This document shows, piece by piece, positions 11,608 to 24,929 of a stretch of DNA of 64,000 nt (the stretch's first letter is position 1; each line of letters opens with the position of its first letter). A program made the position numbers and the translations under genes. The stretch spans positions 1,284,744 to 1,348,743 of the forward strand of contig RHPI01002069.1 in NCBI GenBank assembly GCA_009103225.1, read 5' to 3'. The notes under the pieces are model-generated. The model had not been told where the DNA came from, did no database searches, and saw only the letters and a program-made list of their open reading frames with translations. This stretch comes from Chlorokybus atmophyticus (Eukaryota > Plantae > Mesostigma and Chlorokybus algae).

Positions 11608-14024
11608 CTAGGCAGCCTTTTCAAGGACAGATGCAAGAGCATCCTGCTGCCGCTGCTGCCTGAGGGCATCAATGACCTCGTCCAGCCTGTCTCCAGCGAG
11701 CACCTCATCAATCCCATGCACAGTGAGATTGACGCGATGATCAGTCACGCGGCCCTGAGGGAAGTTGTAGGTGCGAATACGCTCGGAACGATCGCCCGAG
11801 ACCAAAAGAGACGACCGTGCTTCCTGTCGTGTCTTCTCTCGCTTCCGCTGCTCAGCGTCGTATAGCCGCGCCTGCATCACATAACAAGTGGCACAAACTC
11901 AGGCTACCAGCATCAATCAGTTTGGTCAGAACCAGTCAGCTTGTCAAGTTGACGCCTGTTCAGAAGGTAGTGGGGTTGGTGAATTTTTCACATGTGCATC
12001 AGCAGCAATGTATGTTATGCGCAACCGAACCGCATCTCAACTGCACGACAAACATGTGCAGCAATAGTGACTTGCTCAGACATGCAAGCTCGGAGACCCA
12101 GTAAGGGCAATGTCTGAATGGAAGGGCACAACTTACTCATAGCCCATTGTTGGTACCAACCTGAAGGACTCGCAGGGCCTTGGCTTTGTTTTTATGCTGC
12201 GAGCGCTCGTCTTGGATGGCAACAACCAACCCAGTGGGCAAATGGGTAACTCGCACAGCGCTATTTGTTGTGTTCACATGCTGCAGTACAGAGAGAGTAA
12301 GTACCGTTATGGCAATTCACGGAAAGACATGCGTGCGCACTGGCAAGACGAAAGCAGCGCACTCTGCTTGCGCTGAATGCCACACACACATGATGAGCAA
12401 TAATAGACGCCATACCTGGCCACCAGCACCGCTTGCGCGATACACGTCGATCCTCAGGTCCTCATCTCGGATGTCACAAGCCTGTGCCTGGTCAGGCTCG
12501 GGCAGCACGACCACGCTGGCAGCTGAAGTGTGGACGCGGCCTGAGGTCTCTGTAGAAGGCACCCGCTGTACACGATGCACTCCACTCTCCAATCGCAACA
12601 AGCCGTAGGGGCCAGGAGACGCGGCGTTGCTTTGCCGTGCACGCACACCCGCTGTTGCCTCCTGAGCTTAAGGAGATGTGTTTCAGTGCCAATGCACGTA
12701 GAGCAACACCACACCACAGGAAAGCGCTTGCTCTCATAGCTGGATTGTGTGGTTGTTGGTCAATCTGTTACCAGATCGTACTGGGCAACGCCATACTGGC
12801 ATCTGTGACCGCAGGCAACCAACATGTTTGGGAGAATCATCTGCATTGGCACCAACCTTGCAACCACCAAGGTCGGTATCGGTCAACTCCAGCAGCTCCC
12901 ATTTCCAGCCTTGGCGCTCACAGTACAGCTGATACATGCGCAACAAGTCCATGGCAAACAGCGCTGCCTCGTCGCCGCCTGTGCCAGCGCGTACCTGATA
13001 AAGGTTGTACACAGTGAGCAAGACACTGGTAACAGCAATTGCCAACAACCTAATAAACGGCAACATGATTGAGCCAGCATTGCGTAATGTTGCAACTGAA
13101 CAAAGCTCGACTGCCAAGTGAGAACTGACATCACTTTCAAACCTCAACAACGGCAGCTCTGCTGTCATCATCGTCTGGCGGTATGAGCAGGGAAAGCAAC
13201 TGCGACTCGCATGCGCTGACCGCCTTGGCAGCTGCTCGAGCCTCGTCTTCCGCAAGCTGTCGGACATCGCTGTCCTCCTTGCCGTCACGAGCGACCGCCT
13301 CCCATTCCGCCGCAGCTGCTATCAGCCTGCGTCTCTCCGCAGCAGCCTCCACAACGCCGGCCACCCCGGCGAGCTCCCGCTGCGTCTCAGCCAATGCCGC
13401 AAAACTGGACCCAGTTGCCTGAATCCATCAACACAAGCATTTGTACTTGCAGGTTCGCGCGTATGAGATAAGTTGAAAGCACAACCCGTGTCGGATTGCA
13501 GAGGAGGTGACATGTGCTGATCACATTCAACGCTTGAACCATGCAATTAGGCGCATGCACAGCGTCACTTGACTTTTGTAACATGAGAAGCTTGGCAATA
13601 AGCCTTGCAGACTAATATTGGATACTGCACCATGCAGCGCACAACCGCTGTCATGCTGACAAGTTGCACATACGATGACCCTCCGCACGAATGCAAGTGT
13701 CCTAAGCCTCTGGTCAAACCGCATTCATCTGGAGGTGACGGAGTGGAGTTGCTTGCAGATTGGCATGAACAAAACCTGATCGGAGGGTGCATGCAGTGAA
13801 GACCACACAACCAATTCAGATACCAAAGCACCACAACCTCAGACAGGCAAGGCGCGCACCTGTTGCAGAACAACAGCTTGCAACGCAGCGTGGCGAGCCT
13901 CCACGGCCGCGATGCGCACTTCAGCCGCTAGCGGCAGCTTGCTACGTATATTCGACGCAGTCGCAGCCGCAGACAACGCCCGCCGCACCGTCAGCCTCAA
14001 CCTTCCCGCCGCCGCCCACGCCAT
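11608..14024 (-). CDS. prfA: Organellar (probably mitochondrial) peptide chain release factor 1, bacterial-type RF1
   Basis: [35 protein letters not shown] (PxT anticodon-like loop), RASGAGGQ|HVN (GGQ), [33 protein letters not shown]; Arg/Ala-rich transit-peptide-like N-term from the ATG at 14024. Confidence 0.93.
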
Positions 14025-14064
14025 GCACACCAGCGAGAACACCGACGTTCTAAAGGTAACCTAG

Positions 14065-14074
14065 TTAGGGTTTT
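14065..14074. promoter_or_regulatory. Telo-box in the divergent RF1/NEK promoter region
   Basis: ttagggtttt ~40 bp upstream of the RF1 ATG. Confidence 0.45.
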
Positions 14075-14896
14075 GGCTGATTGAACTCTCGACCCGGAAA
14101 TGGCACAATCCAAATCGTTACATCTGGATTCACAGTACGTCAAAAGGTGCCAATCTTCGCATGTCCGCGTTGCATGCATGATGGAACTTGCATCGGATCC
14201 TGCTGCGGCCGTTACCACGTAGCCATGGCGCGAAATGCCGCCCAGCTTGCAGCAGAACAAGTCCGCCCCCAAGACGGTGAATGTTGTGAAAAAATGCTTT
14301 GCTGACCGAATTCTCGGAGAAATGCAAGGCGGCTCGACCGGCGCTGAACCTCAGAAAACGAGGGCACCCCATGCCTCATCTCGTCGCTGGGATCTGCTGA
14401 TTGCATGAGTACCAAGCGTTAGACCGTGGTGCACTGTAACTGTCTGCTTCCCTTTTTGTCGGCACTCTGCTCATTCGTACGCTGTACTGCACTTTTCCGC
14501 GTGTGCTGCGGCAGCACTGCTGCCGCCGGTACCGTACGAGCGTTGCCACAGGGTCTGCCCCGCGGCTCCGCGGCCTGTTGCCCGGCTGCTACTTGCTTGT
14601 GGGCGTGTAGGCGTGGCGGACGGCGGCGGAGGTGGTGGGGGCTGTGCTGTGGTGCAGGCGGGGTTAGCTGAGGTGGGCGTTCGGTAGGGTTTGGTTAGGC
14701 GGCGTGGGTGATGGGTGGCGGCGTCCGGGACTGTGTGGGCTGGCTGTGAGGTGGGAGGAGTGCTGGGGCATGGGATCGGCTGTCGGCGAGATGGGCGGGG
14801 GGTGTTCTTGAGGGCCGGCGAAGGAGGGGGGGGTGGAGGAGGGCGGGGGGCCGGTCTGGGGTCCTCCCCCCGCCCCCCGCAGGTGGACTGGACGCT

Positions 14897-17800
14897 ATGG
14901 ACAAGTACTCTGTCGTGTCGCAGCTTGGGCAGGGGGCGCAGGGAAGGGTGTTCCTCGCCAAGGAGCGAGATGCTGCTCCAGGCTTGGACGTCAACGTCGT
15001 CATCAAGGTGATTCCCGTGCCTGCTGGGGAGGATGAAAGGACCGCCTGCTTGCGAGAGGCCATGACGATGGGTGGCTTGCACCATCCCGCCATTGTCCGC
15101 TGCAAGGTGGGTATCTCGCTTGCTTGTTCTTAAGTTTGATTGTGCTCTCCGGGCACCTGAATGTGGTAGTTGCGGTAATTCATTAGGGTTTGTTCGATAA
15201 GTGTGCACCCTGAGTAAGTGTATACCTCCTTGGATTGCAGGAAAGTTTCCTGGACGAAGACAACAACTTGTGCATTGGTAAGCTTCCCTACCTTTGTCAG
15301 TTCCTTCATCTTTGACCGCTGCGTTATCATTGGCCGTGGGTGCTTTCATTCACTACTACTGTCTGCAACAGTCATGGAGCATTGCAATGGTGGTGACCTT
15401 GCTACGCTGATGGAGAAGCGTTTTGAAGCGGATGAAAGGTGCATGCTTATGCTCCTTGAAGTACTTCCCGTTGCAAGCTGTGCTGCAATGTTACGTCAAG
15501 CACCATGTGCCAGCACTTGTCCCGCATTGTTATGTCGTGTCATCCTTGCGTTTTCTGTTGATGTTGTGACATCGTGTTCAGCCCTCAGGCACGTTCAAGC
15601 ACTCAGCATTAGCTACACAGCAGCTCGAATCTTGCGATTACACACAATGGGAGTAGTACTGAAGTTAACCATGGACATGTGTCACGTACTCTCTGCAGGT
15701 TTCCAGAAGCGCAGGTTGTGCAGTGGTTTGCGCAGCTTGCATTGGCCTTGGAGTATATGCACAAGCAAGGCGTCCTTCATCGTGACTTGAAGGTACTGGT
15801 CTGCACGTCCAGTGGCTGCACACTCAGTGCCTATTTGGCGGACGCCCATACTTAGATGCAGGCAAATGCCGATAGCGCACAGCTTTATGGGATGGCACTT
15901 GGAGTTGTTGAGCAGGACGCTTGCCATTATCAACGATGTGCCAAATGCCTTGTGGCTAAGCTGACTGTGCTTCTGTGGTGCAGTCTGAAAACGTTTTTCT
16001 TCGCGATATTGGGGATGGAAGGGTCATTGCTCAACTTGGGGTACGCTTCTTTTGCGTAAACTCACTGCCTCCCGTTTCAAATCAGTCGACAGGCTGTTAA
16101 CTGCAACAGTATGTTAAAAACAAAGAATCCCATACGCTGTTATGACAGTTTTCTTTTGCAGGATTTTGGCATTGCTCGCCTTCTGGACGGGCCAACAGAT
16201 CTGGCGCGTACCTTTGTTGGCACTCCCTATTACATGAGCCCAGAGATATTTTTGGGAGAGCCTTACAGCTTCAAGTCAGGTGCATGGTTGGGTCGCTGTC
16301 ACAGATGTTTCAGTATACGTTCCTGCTTCATGGTGAGCGCAACTCACAAGCATGGACTGACTGAGGATAGTTACGCAGATGTTTGGGCAATCGGCTGTGT
16401 GATGTATGAGATGCTTACCCTGCGCCATGCTTTTGAAGCCGCCAACCTGAATAACCTGGCGATGAAGGTCATACAGGGAAAGTATGTGCCTATGCCATCA
16501 CAGTACAGCAAAGATCTGACAGATGCAGTGACCAGCATGCTGGTCAAGGACCCTTCTACTCGGCCGTCAGCAGCTGAGCTGCTTGCTTTGCCAGTGATAA
16601 GGTGCAGTTCTTGCGCTGTGTGTATGGGTTCACTGGTGTACAATGTGCCTCACTCTTTTGGGTGGTCTTGCAGAAGTCATGCTGCGTCGTTCCTAGCAAG
16701 CTTCAATAGCCCAACACCTACTGAGGTTTCTACACCTGTGGAGGTCTCAATAGGCACACTGTTACCATGTCGCATGGATTGTAAGACAATCCTTCAGCAT
16801 CATATCAAAGACCAACAAGCAAGGCTAAGCTTTCAAGAGTTTTCGCGCCTCAGGCGCAACATTTCCGAGGATATGTTATCCAATCTTGCAGGTAAGCTCG
16901 CGCTCAGCAAGTCACCTTAGCGGAACCATGGACGTCCATGGCTGGTGAACTCTCAAAAATCTGAGGCGCTTGTTGCGAATTGTTTCTGGCAGACAAGGTG
17001 CGCTTGTCCAGTGCTCGTGAGAGCTTGCCTTCAGCGGGTTTGCTCCCTGATGTACATACCTCTAGCAGTGCCATTGGCAACTCCAAGGTGTCACTTAATC
17101 ACAGCACAAACGCTTACTTGCGCGCACAGCAGCCCCCTTTGCATCAGGACGGCCCGCATGCTCCTCGGCCCATGGGGCCACTGCTGCCTGCAGTTCACAC
17201 TACACACGCACCCAGCCATCTCCGCCCTCGTCGCCGCAGCTCTACATCAGACCTTCTGGCTGCGAGCAACATGGAAGCTTTGTCCAGGTCGCCCGAACAA
17301 GTGCCACGACAGGACAATGTTAGAGTCTCTTTCCAGTCTCCAGGGCAGTCCGCTCCGGCAGGAAAATACAGCAGCCCCGACAGCCGGTTGCAACGTAGCA
17401 CATCTGGAGAAGTGACGGTGGACTCCCGCAACCTGATTGAGGGGCGGCGTGCAAGGCTTCTTCGATATGGCATCAGGCGGCCGCCTCCAGAGTTGACAGA
17501 CCTTCACCATCGGCCACTGGATTCCATGCACGAGTCTTTCCATCGTCTTCGTGGCGGTGACGGCGATGGCCACTTGTCGGATACTCCGTCGTATGAGGAC
17601 GACATGACATTACGCCGGAGTCTTCGAGGAAGGCACATTATGGACAGGCTGCCAGACCAGTCAATGGTCAGCCAGAGCATGGTTGACAACAGTTTACATG
17701 GCGGCATGGGCGATATATCAGGTAGATCTGACTACACACCAGGTCAGCTTCGACCGGTGGACAGGCGTGCACCTGGCGTGCTGGCGGAGGAGGGGTTGTC

Positions 17801-19162
17801 TCGCAGTCGGTCCCCTGAAGTGGAGCAGTTGCTGCTGCGCCGGCCTCGGCGCCGAAGCTCCGCATCAGACATATCTGTTGTGATACCGCATCAGTCTGGC
17901 TCCAGGCCACATGCTGTCCCCCCAGCCATCGCAGAAGAGCGACCAGTCATTGGGCTTGCGCAAAAGATGGCTGCGGCTCATGCTCGTGTTCGTCGCCACA
18001 GTGAAGCAGCGCTTGTAGCAAATGAAGCTGCCAGGCGGGATGCTGTGCGATCATACAATATGCAACGAGAGCTTGACAATGGGCAACAGGTAGGTTGATG
18101 GGTTCTGACAATGCAGAACAGATTACATGGCTGGGTTGTTGCATTCGTGGTAACAATGTTTCTGCCACAGGCTAGGTCAGTGGACACCCATTCAGAAGCA
18201 CCACCCAACTTGTATACTAGTGAGTGCCAGCCCTCCGGGTTTGTGCCACGCAATAACAGCCTGGAACGCTTGCGGTTGCGTCGCCACAGCATGGCTGTCG
18301 GCGATCGGCTTCGTTCTGAGGCTGTTAGTGCCAGCTTGGCGGCAGACATCCATGAGCACGATGGTGCCAACACTGATTCCATGGGAGGTAAGCATTGCAG
18401 TTGTTATACCAGAGCTCGTGTTGTGCTGCGCGGATGACATCCAGCCTGCTGACTGGAGTTTACAGGCATGGTGGCAAGGGAACACATGCATTCTGTCAGC
18501 ACTAAGTCAAGCAGTCTTCGCATGGCTTCTGTGGAAGAAGATGAGGTTGGGACAGACCGTAGATGGACCAGTGAAGGGCCAGCTCGGCGCGTAGATTTGT
18601 TCAGCTTGGTGCCTCGCACTTCTGTGGTCCGCATGGAGGCCGGGCTGCCTCCCATGCCAAACGGGCATGATAGAAGAGAACAAGCCCTCAGGAGTTCACA
18701 GGTGAAGGCAATCAGCGTTGCACTTTTGGGATTATATGTGGTTGCATGACTGATGTTGTGCGTGCACAGGAATATGCTGCTGTGGACAGCATTGAGATGG
18801 GACCACTCCCCATTGAACGGCCTTCACGCCCCCACTGGCAGCGTCCCAAGTCCTTGGCCACAGGCCCGGACAGTGGGGCGTTTGATGCGCCTATGTACAG
18901 CTCAAAGGCGTCGCAGCTGCTATCATCTCCTGTGCATCGCAGCAGTCACTTGCACAGCCAGGCAGTTCTGCCGGATATGAAACCATTGAGGCTGCCAGAA
19001 CTTCAGCACTCAGCCCGTCAGCGTGCTGTGTACATACTTGACGACGGTGATCGCAATGGCAGTCCGTCCAGGAGCCCTATCATGCCACAGCTTGATGCAA
19101 GCCCGGTTAGCAGGGCGCGCGTCCTGCTGACTCCTCTGGTCACCACAAAGCACAGTATTTGA
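14897..19162 (+). CDS. NIMA-related Ser/Thr protein kinase (NEK) with a long disordered C-terminal tail, multi-exon
   Basis: MDKYSVVSQLGQGAQGRV, VIKVI, VMEHCNGGDL, WFAQLALALEYMH..VLHRDLK, SENVFL, DFGIARLL..LARTFVGTPYYMSPE, YSFKS|DVWAIGC..YEM.TLRHAF. The 3' exon structure is less certain. Confidence 0.9.
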
Positions 19163-20862
19163 TACGCATCGCGTTCGTCATGTACCTTTGAGGGTACTTT
19201 CTTTTCAGTCATTGTAGAGGCACCACGTCAGCTTGTAGTTCAGCCAGGCATAGTTATACATATCCGTGGTATGTTGGTAGGCTCTGTGTTCAGTTGCACG
19301 CTTGTTGAGTTGTTGTGCAGTCTGTATTGACTTCCATTGTGTTAACATATCTCGCCAAAAATAATGCTTGCTCTCAATTTGCATTGCTGGTGAATACTGG
19401 TCAATACTGCCTGACGGTTAGTTGCCTAGTCAGCTAATTGCGATTAAATACCATTGCTGAAGTGGGTGGGATGTATAAAAAGGCTGAAGAACGTACCAAG
19501 CAAGTCATCAGCTTCTCATTATTCCGAGGCATTGCATTGCTCTGTCATAGGTATTGGGCATGATCATAAACCAGTATGTGTTCACACTGCACGCCACATT
19601 GTATGTACATCGGTGTTTGAAAACACTTTACTCATTTTTAAACTCCTAAGTCACAAAATGCGTTGACTGAATGTTGTGCATTAGCGTTTCGACGGCAAAA
19701 CGGCGACCATAGTCACACTGCCCACTACTATCTCAATATGCACATGCACATGCAAGTTCAATTCATCAAAGATGCTACCATGCCTTTCATGTCGGTGCAA
19801 TAGTGATTACTACTGGCAATCATTGACTATGGTTGTACACATATGTGAGCGGAATGTTGATTGGCGGGGAAGCTCAGCGCCCCATTAAAGCGCAACCCTA
19901 TATAGGTGTCTTAGCAGGGGCTTGAGCGAGCCCTTTGCAATTGTGTTTGTTGGCTTGGTTGCTTGCCGTACTCAACCCAACGTCACCGACTCAGCTCTCG
20001 GCATTTAGCACCAGCGTGTGAACAAAATGTGTGCAAGTACATCATCTTTGCTAGATGATGATTGTACTGCTTCGAAGCAAACTATGCAAAGTCTATGCCT
20101 TTACATGAGTAACATTTCTTATATCATTACTTATGTTCAACCATGGCATCATGGCAAATGCCGTGTCTGCATTGGTTACGTATATAGGCTTGGATATGAT
20201 AGGTTTTAATTAGGCATGCTGCAATTCGGTGAGACAGCGCATGCAAGCGCAGCCTCTCCAACTTGAACTCATGTGTTTCAAACACCAACAAAGCTGCACA
20301 ATCACATTGAGCTTTTGCTAAGACGATGGCTTTGTGCCTCCAGCGTACACACGTACCTACGGGTGGTTGGGAGAGCCCTTTGAAATGCAAGCTGGAGAGT
20401 GCGTAGCATCGTGGGTCTCCCATTATTACTTCAATATTCTGCGATGTTTCGCTGCGCTAGGGTCTCCCATCATACACGCATGAAACACCTCACACGTACG
20501 TTTGAGCGCATACAATTACACACACTGCCAGCAGCCATCTACGCTAGGGTAGCAACCGTCTCTACGGTTGGTGGCCTGTTGCCCTACCTGGTATTGCCGC
20601 CATTGCGGCCGCACCTCCCTTCATGGTTGCCTTAAGCCATGGCAATTGTGCCCGCTACAGCACACATACCACTTGCTCGGTGAGCACTGAGTCGGAGGCC
20701 ATTTCACACGGCTTCCAATTTATACAAATTTTCACAGCGTTTTTATTGCGTTAAGCCATTCGGTTCTTTTCTCAGATAATGATTGTGTCTCAATGTGCAC
20801 AAGCCACTGCTGTAGTGGCATTGGCGGCGTATGATGAATCACTTAATGCTTTACAGATTTAG

Positions 20863-20932
20863 AAGGTTTGGAATGAAAGGCGCAGTGTGACGTCAGGAAT
20901 GACGTCACACTGCGCCATTCATTTCAAACCTT
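20863..20932. repeat. 33-bp inverted repeat (2 mismatches, GGAA loop) with a TGACGTCA palindrome in each arm
   Basis: aaggtttggaatgaaaggcgcagtgtgacgtca-ggaa-tgacgtcacactgcgccattcatttcaaacctt. Confidence 0.9.
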
Positions 20933-22084
20933 ATCAAGTGCAAGCGCGTAGTGTGTGCTGTATGCAATACGTCACGTTGCAAATGTTGACTGGCAATTAC
21001 GCAAGACAACACATTATGTATAGTTCTTAAAGTAGTCATGAACAACGACATCAACAACTTACAAACCACCGGACTCTGGTGGATCGTAGACTGTTGAAGT
21101 CCTGGGCTAGGGCATACGCTATCCGATCAACCTGGCATCAAACTTGCTGTAGAATGTGAACTTGCTGGCCCGCAAGGCTTTTGCTACATCAATGAATACA
21201 CATGCCGTGTGCTTGATGATAAAACCATATAAACTTGTTGTACATCTTGTAATGCACTACAAACGTTAACATACATGTGTGTTGCAGGAAGCATCCTCTC
21301 CAAAAACAATGCATGGGACCGTTGGGCAGGATCATAGACTTCGAGCAACAACAATTATTGCTTACATGGTGCAACTGCACAATCAGCAAGGTCACATGCA
21401 TCATATTGCATATTTTTTACGCATAAGCCGATGTGCATTTATGTTGTATTATCTAAAGTTTTTCATCTTCGAATTAATTGTGACTTTATGATTAATGTAC
21501 ACGAAATATTGAGTAATAAACATACCACTAATAGCTTTTCGCCATCCACAAAACTCGTCTCCTGAAGAGCCATCACATTGCTTCAGGATCATCACCCGTG
21601 GCTGCAAACACAATTGTGCTTTGGATCTTTTACTTCTTCACACGGACCGCAGTTACTCCCTAAAAACATGCCACAGTGAGGACTTAATGTCACAAACAAT
21701 CATTCATACTATTGATTGATATTGTGGATTGGCGTTGAGAATATGATGTGGTCCATAATGGTCAATTCATAACATATTAAAATTGAATGCAAAATAACCT
21801 CGGTAAACTACATCACCTTGCCACAAGCCACAAGTGAATCTCGTTTAAGTTGGTGATGACATAAGGCTTGGGACTGCCACGCTTTTCAATCCATTGCTGC
21901 CTGTTTGCGTAAAACTTGTCCCATCCATGGCTGTTCCGTGCAGGGCAACCAAAATTGCACACTCCAACTGTGCAAGCGCATTCAGGTGCACAGCAAGCAC
22001 GGTGCTATGCTTGGGGAAACGAGAACAACAAGCTTTGTACAAACCCAATTCCCTTACAAGTACCTAGCACCCACGCCCCGTACT

Positions 22085-23827
22085 TCATGGTACCATCATG
22101 TCGATGTGCTCATCATCTTCCTCCTCCTCCTCGTCCTCGTCCTCCTCTTCCTCTCCTTCTTCCTCCTCCTCTTCCTCCTCGTCATCTTCTTCTTCCTCCT
22201 CAGACTCACTGCCGTGCTCTTCACCATGCATGCGAGGGGTTTCAAGGCCGCTTGCGTGGTCCAAGACTTCGCGCAGCAAGGCCTCGCCCTCCGCACTGTC
22301 GCTTGGGCGTGAGGCGCCCTGCCCTAAACTGCGACGCTGTCTAGGCATGGAGCCGCGAAGCAGCATTTCGCATGCGAACTCCTCATTGTTACCGGCAAGC
22401 CGCAGCGCGTCTTCCGCGTCTTCACGGGCAAATCCCATTTCCACCAGCTGATCCACAGCCTGCAATGCGCAACCGAGTGCCAAGTGTGCCGCACGTTCAG
22501 CCAAACATGACAGCTGTATTCAATAGCAAGAATCCACTGTAAGCACGCAAGACCCACAAGTCACTGGTGCTTGCCATGTGTACTTGAGTACCTGTGGATT
22601 GGGTGACGAGGAGGCCAAGCGTCCGAGCACTAGCGGGCGATGCTGTTGAGCTATCGTCCTCAGCTGTTCCTCAGTGAGAGGCGCATCAACATCTGGATCC
22701 AACTCGTGTTCCTGCAACCAGACATAACAGAGGTTTCATCTGAAGCTACAGGAACAGCAAAGTGGCAGCACGGCAAAGCCAGCTCCCAGTCATTGTGAAT
22801 ATAAGAAGCCTTGGCACCTACCAGCATCCACTCCATAGCGGCATTAATGTTCCCGCGGCAAAGCTGGAGGGCCTTGCGTGCTCGCGCTTCAGCAAATCCC
22901 ATATCCGTGAGCTGGGTGACAACGGCAGGGTCTGGTTCTGGCACAGTCCCAGGTTCGCCCTCCTGATCACCTGGTCAATGCAGTGGTTCAGCTACAAACA
23001 ACAGACAGCAGAGCGCTTCGCGCTGTTCATGTCAGTCAGTGCAATAGTCTCCACCTGATGCGCCTGGCATGCTATCCAGGCCCAAGACCGTTGAGACTAA
23101 GCTCTGCAACTGGGTGGCAAGAGACAGTCCCGGAACCATTCTTCCAAGAGCAAGGTTGCGTTCCTCCGCGGTTTCCTCGGCTGCTGCAACATTATGCAAT
23201 GCTACATTAAGCAACGCTGCGGGCAACCGCAATTTCACAAGCTCAATCCATGCAGGTGACAACAACCTTCAGCTGTTTCCATATTCGCTGCGTCAGGCGC
23301 AGCATCTCCGCCTCTTCGAGCACGCATCTCAGCAGCCAGAGCAATGCCGATGTCTTCTGCACCGGGAGGTGGCGTCATGTCTTTCGTCGGAGGAGGCGCA
23401 GGAGGCCTTGCGCTCAAGAGAATGACACAGTCTGAAACATGGAGAGTTTGTAAGCTATGGACCCCAAGCATGGTGTGTAGGAGCTACCACGATCAAGCCC
23501 CAGAAGGAGATGTGTGCTTCAACTCGTAACATGGCAATGCTCCATTGACAGACCAGCAAACACATACCTCCAGATCCGACACCGCAGCTGGTGAGTAGTG
23601 TCCCGCGTGGCAGCACTTTGCCGGCATGTACAAGTCGAGACATTGTGGCTGAAGCACCTTCCGTGTGTTTCGCATACAGCGCCTCCAAACCTGTGACGTA
23701 CAGTGATGGTGGCTTCGAGGTGACGTGTTCCTGATGGCATGCATGCGCACCCACCTTCAACTGTAACGTCAGCAGGGACGTCCATGTCCCTGGCCGGGCC
23801 ACGCAATGGCCGAACAAGCAGCTTCAT
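22085..23827 (-). CDS. UBL-UBA-UBA protein resembling UBAC1/KPC2, with an acidic C-terminal tail
   Basis: Ubiquitin-like N-term (MKLLVRPLRG...RLVHAGKVL); UBA1 QLTDMGFAEARARKALQL...AAMEWML|EHELDPDVDAPL; UBA2 PNPQ|AVDQLVEMGFAREDAEDALRLAGNNEEFACEMLL; poly-E/D tail. Confidence 0.8.
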
Positions 23828-24259
23828 TTTAAGCTAGCTCCGCAACTCAACCCTAAACCAACAGCAGACGACAGGTCAGCCAGATCGCTTAGCTACCTGA
23901 CATATCACGCTGCTCCTTGAGGCACAACGGCTATGACAAAGAGCACCGTTTGAAGCATGCATGTACTTGCTACTAGTCCAGGGGTCCAGCACGAATACTC
24001 AACAACAAAAGAGCAAGCGCCTTAAAACGTGCGCTGATAGTCCGCTAATATGCTATAAGTTGAGTCTGCCTCATGAACCAAGTTGAGTAGGAGCATGTAT
24101 GCAACTCAGGAAATCGCCCAAACAACTCAGCCGCAGCTGCAAATTCACACAGCTCTTTAGACTGGGCGCACGCAACACCTTCCGCTCAGTGCAACCGTCG
24201 CTTTGTACGTATAGTTTGCCAGGACAGAATCAAAACAAAAACACCAACAACCACCTCAC

Positions 24260-24929
24260 CCCTGCGTCCGCCGATGTCAGCAACCAACTCGGCCTGCGTG
24301 TCCGCCTCCTCCCGCTGCCGCCCCCTCGCCCTCCGCTTGTCAGCAAAAGCCTGCTCCACTGTGCCGCTGCTGCGGACTACAGGCAGCAGTGCGCACAGCT
24401 GGATGCGATTTTGCTGTAAGGCAGTCCCAACGCAACTCCGTGAGATGGTGGCAAGCTAGGCGATGTGGGCTTTGGCGGCGTTGGTGAGCTTGTCGTCATG
24501 GTCGGTGCCGTTGTCAGCTGATTGCCCTTCTCTTGCTGTCTATCGGCTGCTCAGCCCAGCAGCAAGCTATGACAGGCTGTCGAGCAAGAACAAATTCAGT
24601 GCTTACATCTTTGCTGTGGCCGCTAACAGCAAGGCTGGCATTGCTGAGCGTAGTTCGTTGCTAGGCTGGTGATTGTTTGTTTGTCTGTCTAGCTGTTGTT
24701 GCAGAAGCCAACAGAGCTCCTGCTGGACGGCATCGCTCATGTGCCAACTGCGAGAGGTTGAAAGGGGTTGGCAAGACCAATTCGCTGTTTACGCAGGAAG
24801 GTCAACAAGTTTTAGTCCAACATTGCCGTCACATATTATCAGCGCATTCCTTGCATATGCTACGTTGAGTTCATTGATAGCGGTTTGTGTGTCGTAGTCG
24901 CGCAATGTTGTCGTTCCATACAAAGCCAT
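24260..24929 (-). pseudogene. Possible decayed reading frame (~220 codons) broken only by TAA/TAG stops
   Basis: Frame from ATG 24929 to a GTGAGG donor near 24260 has stops at 24789, 24603, 24567, 24540 and 24456 (all TAR, no TGA). No family recognised. Confidence 0.3.

Noticed and set aside
14471-15349. Long minus-strand Pro-rich ORF and similar antisense ORFs (e.g. 34108-34854, 45121-45807, 31441-31917)
   Set aside because: Shadows of GC-rich promoters or of real genes on the opposite strand; no domain signal.
19800-21500. Coding remnants in the NEK-UBAC1 intergenic region (e.g. RKHPLQKQCMGPLGRIIDFE near 21290)
   Set aside because: Short, interrupted and without any motif I can recognise.
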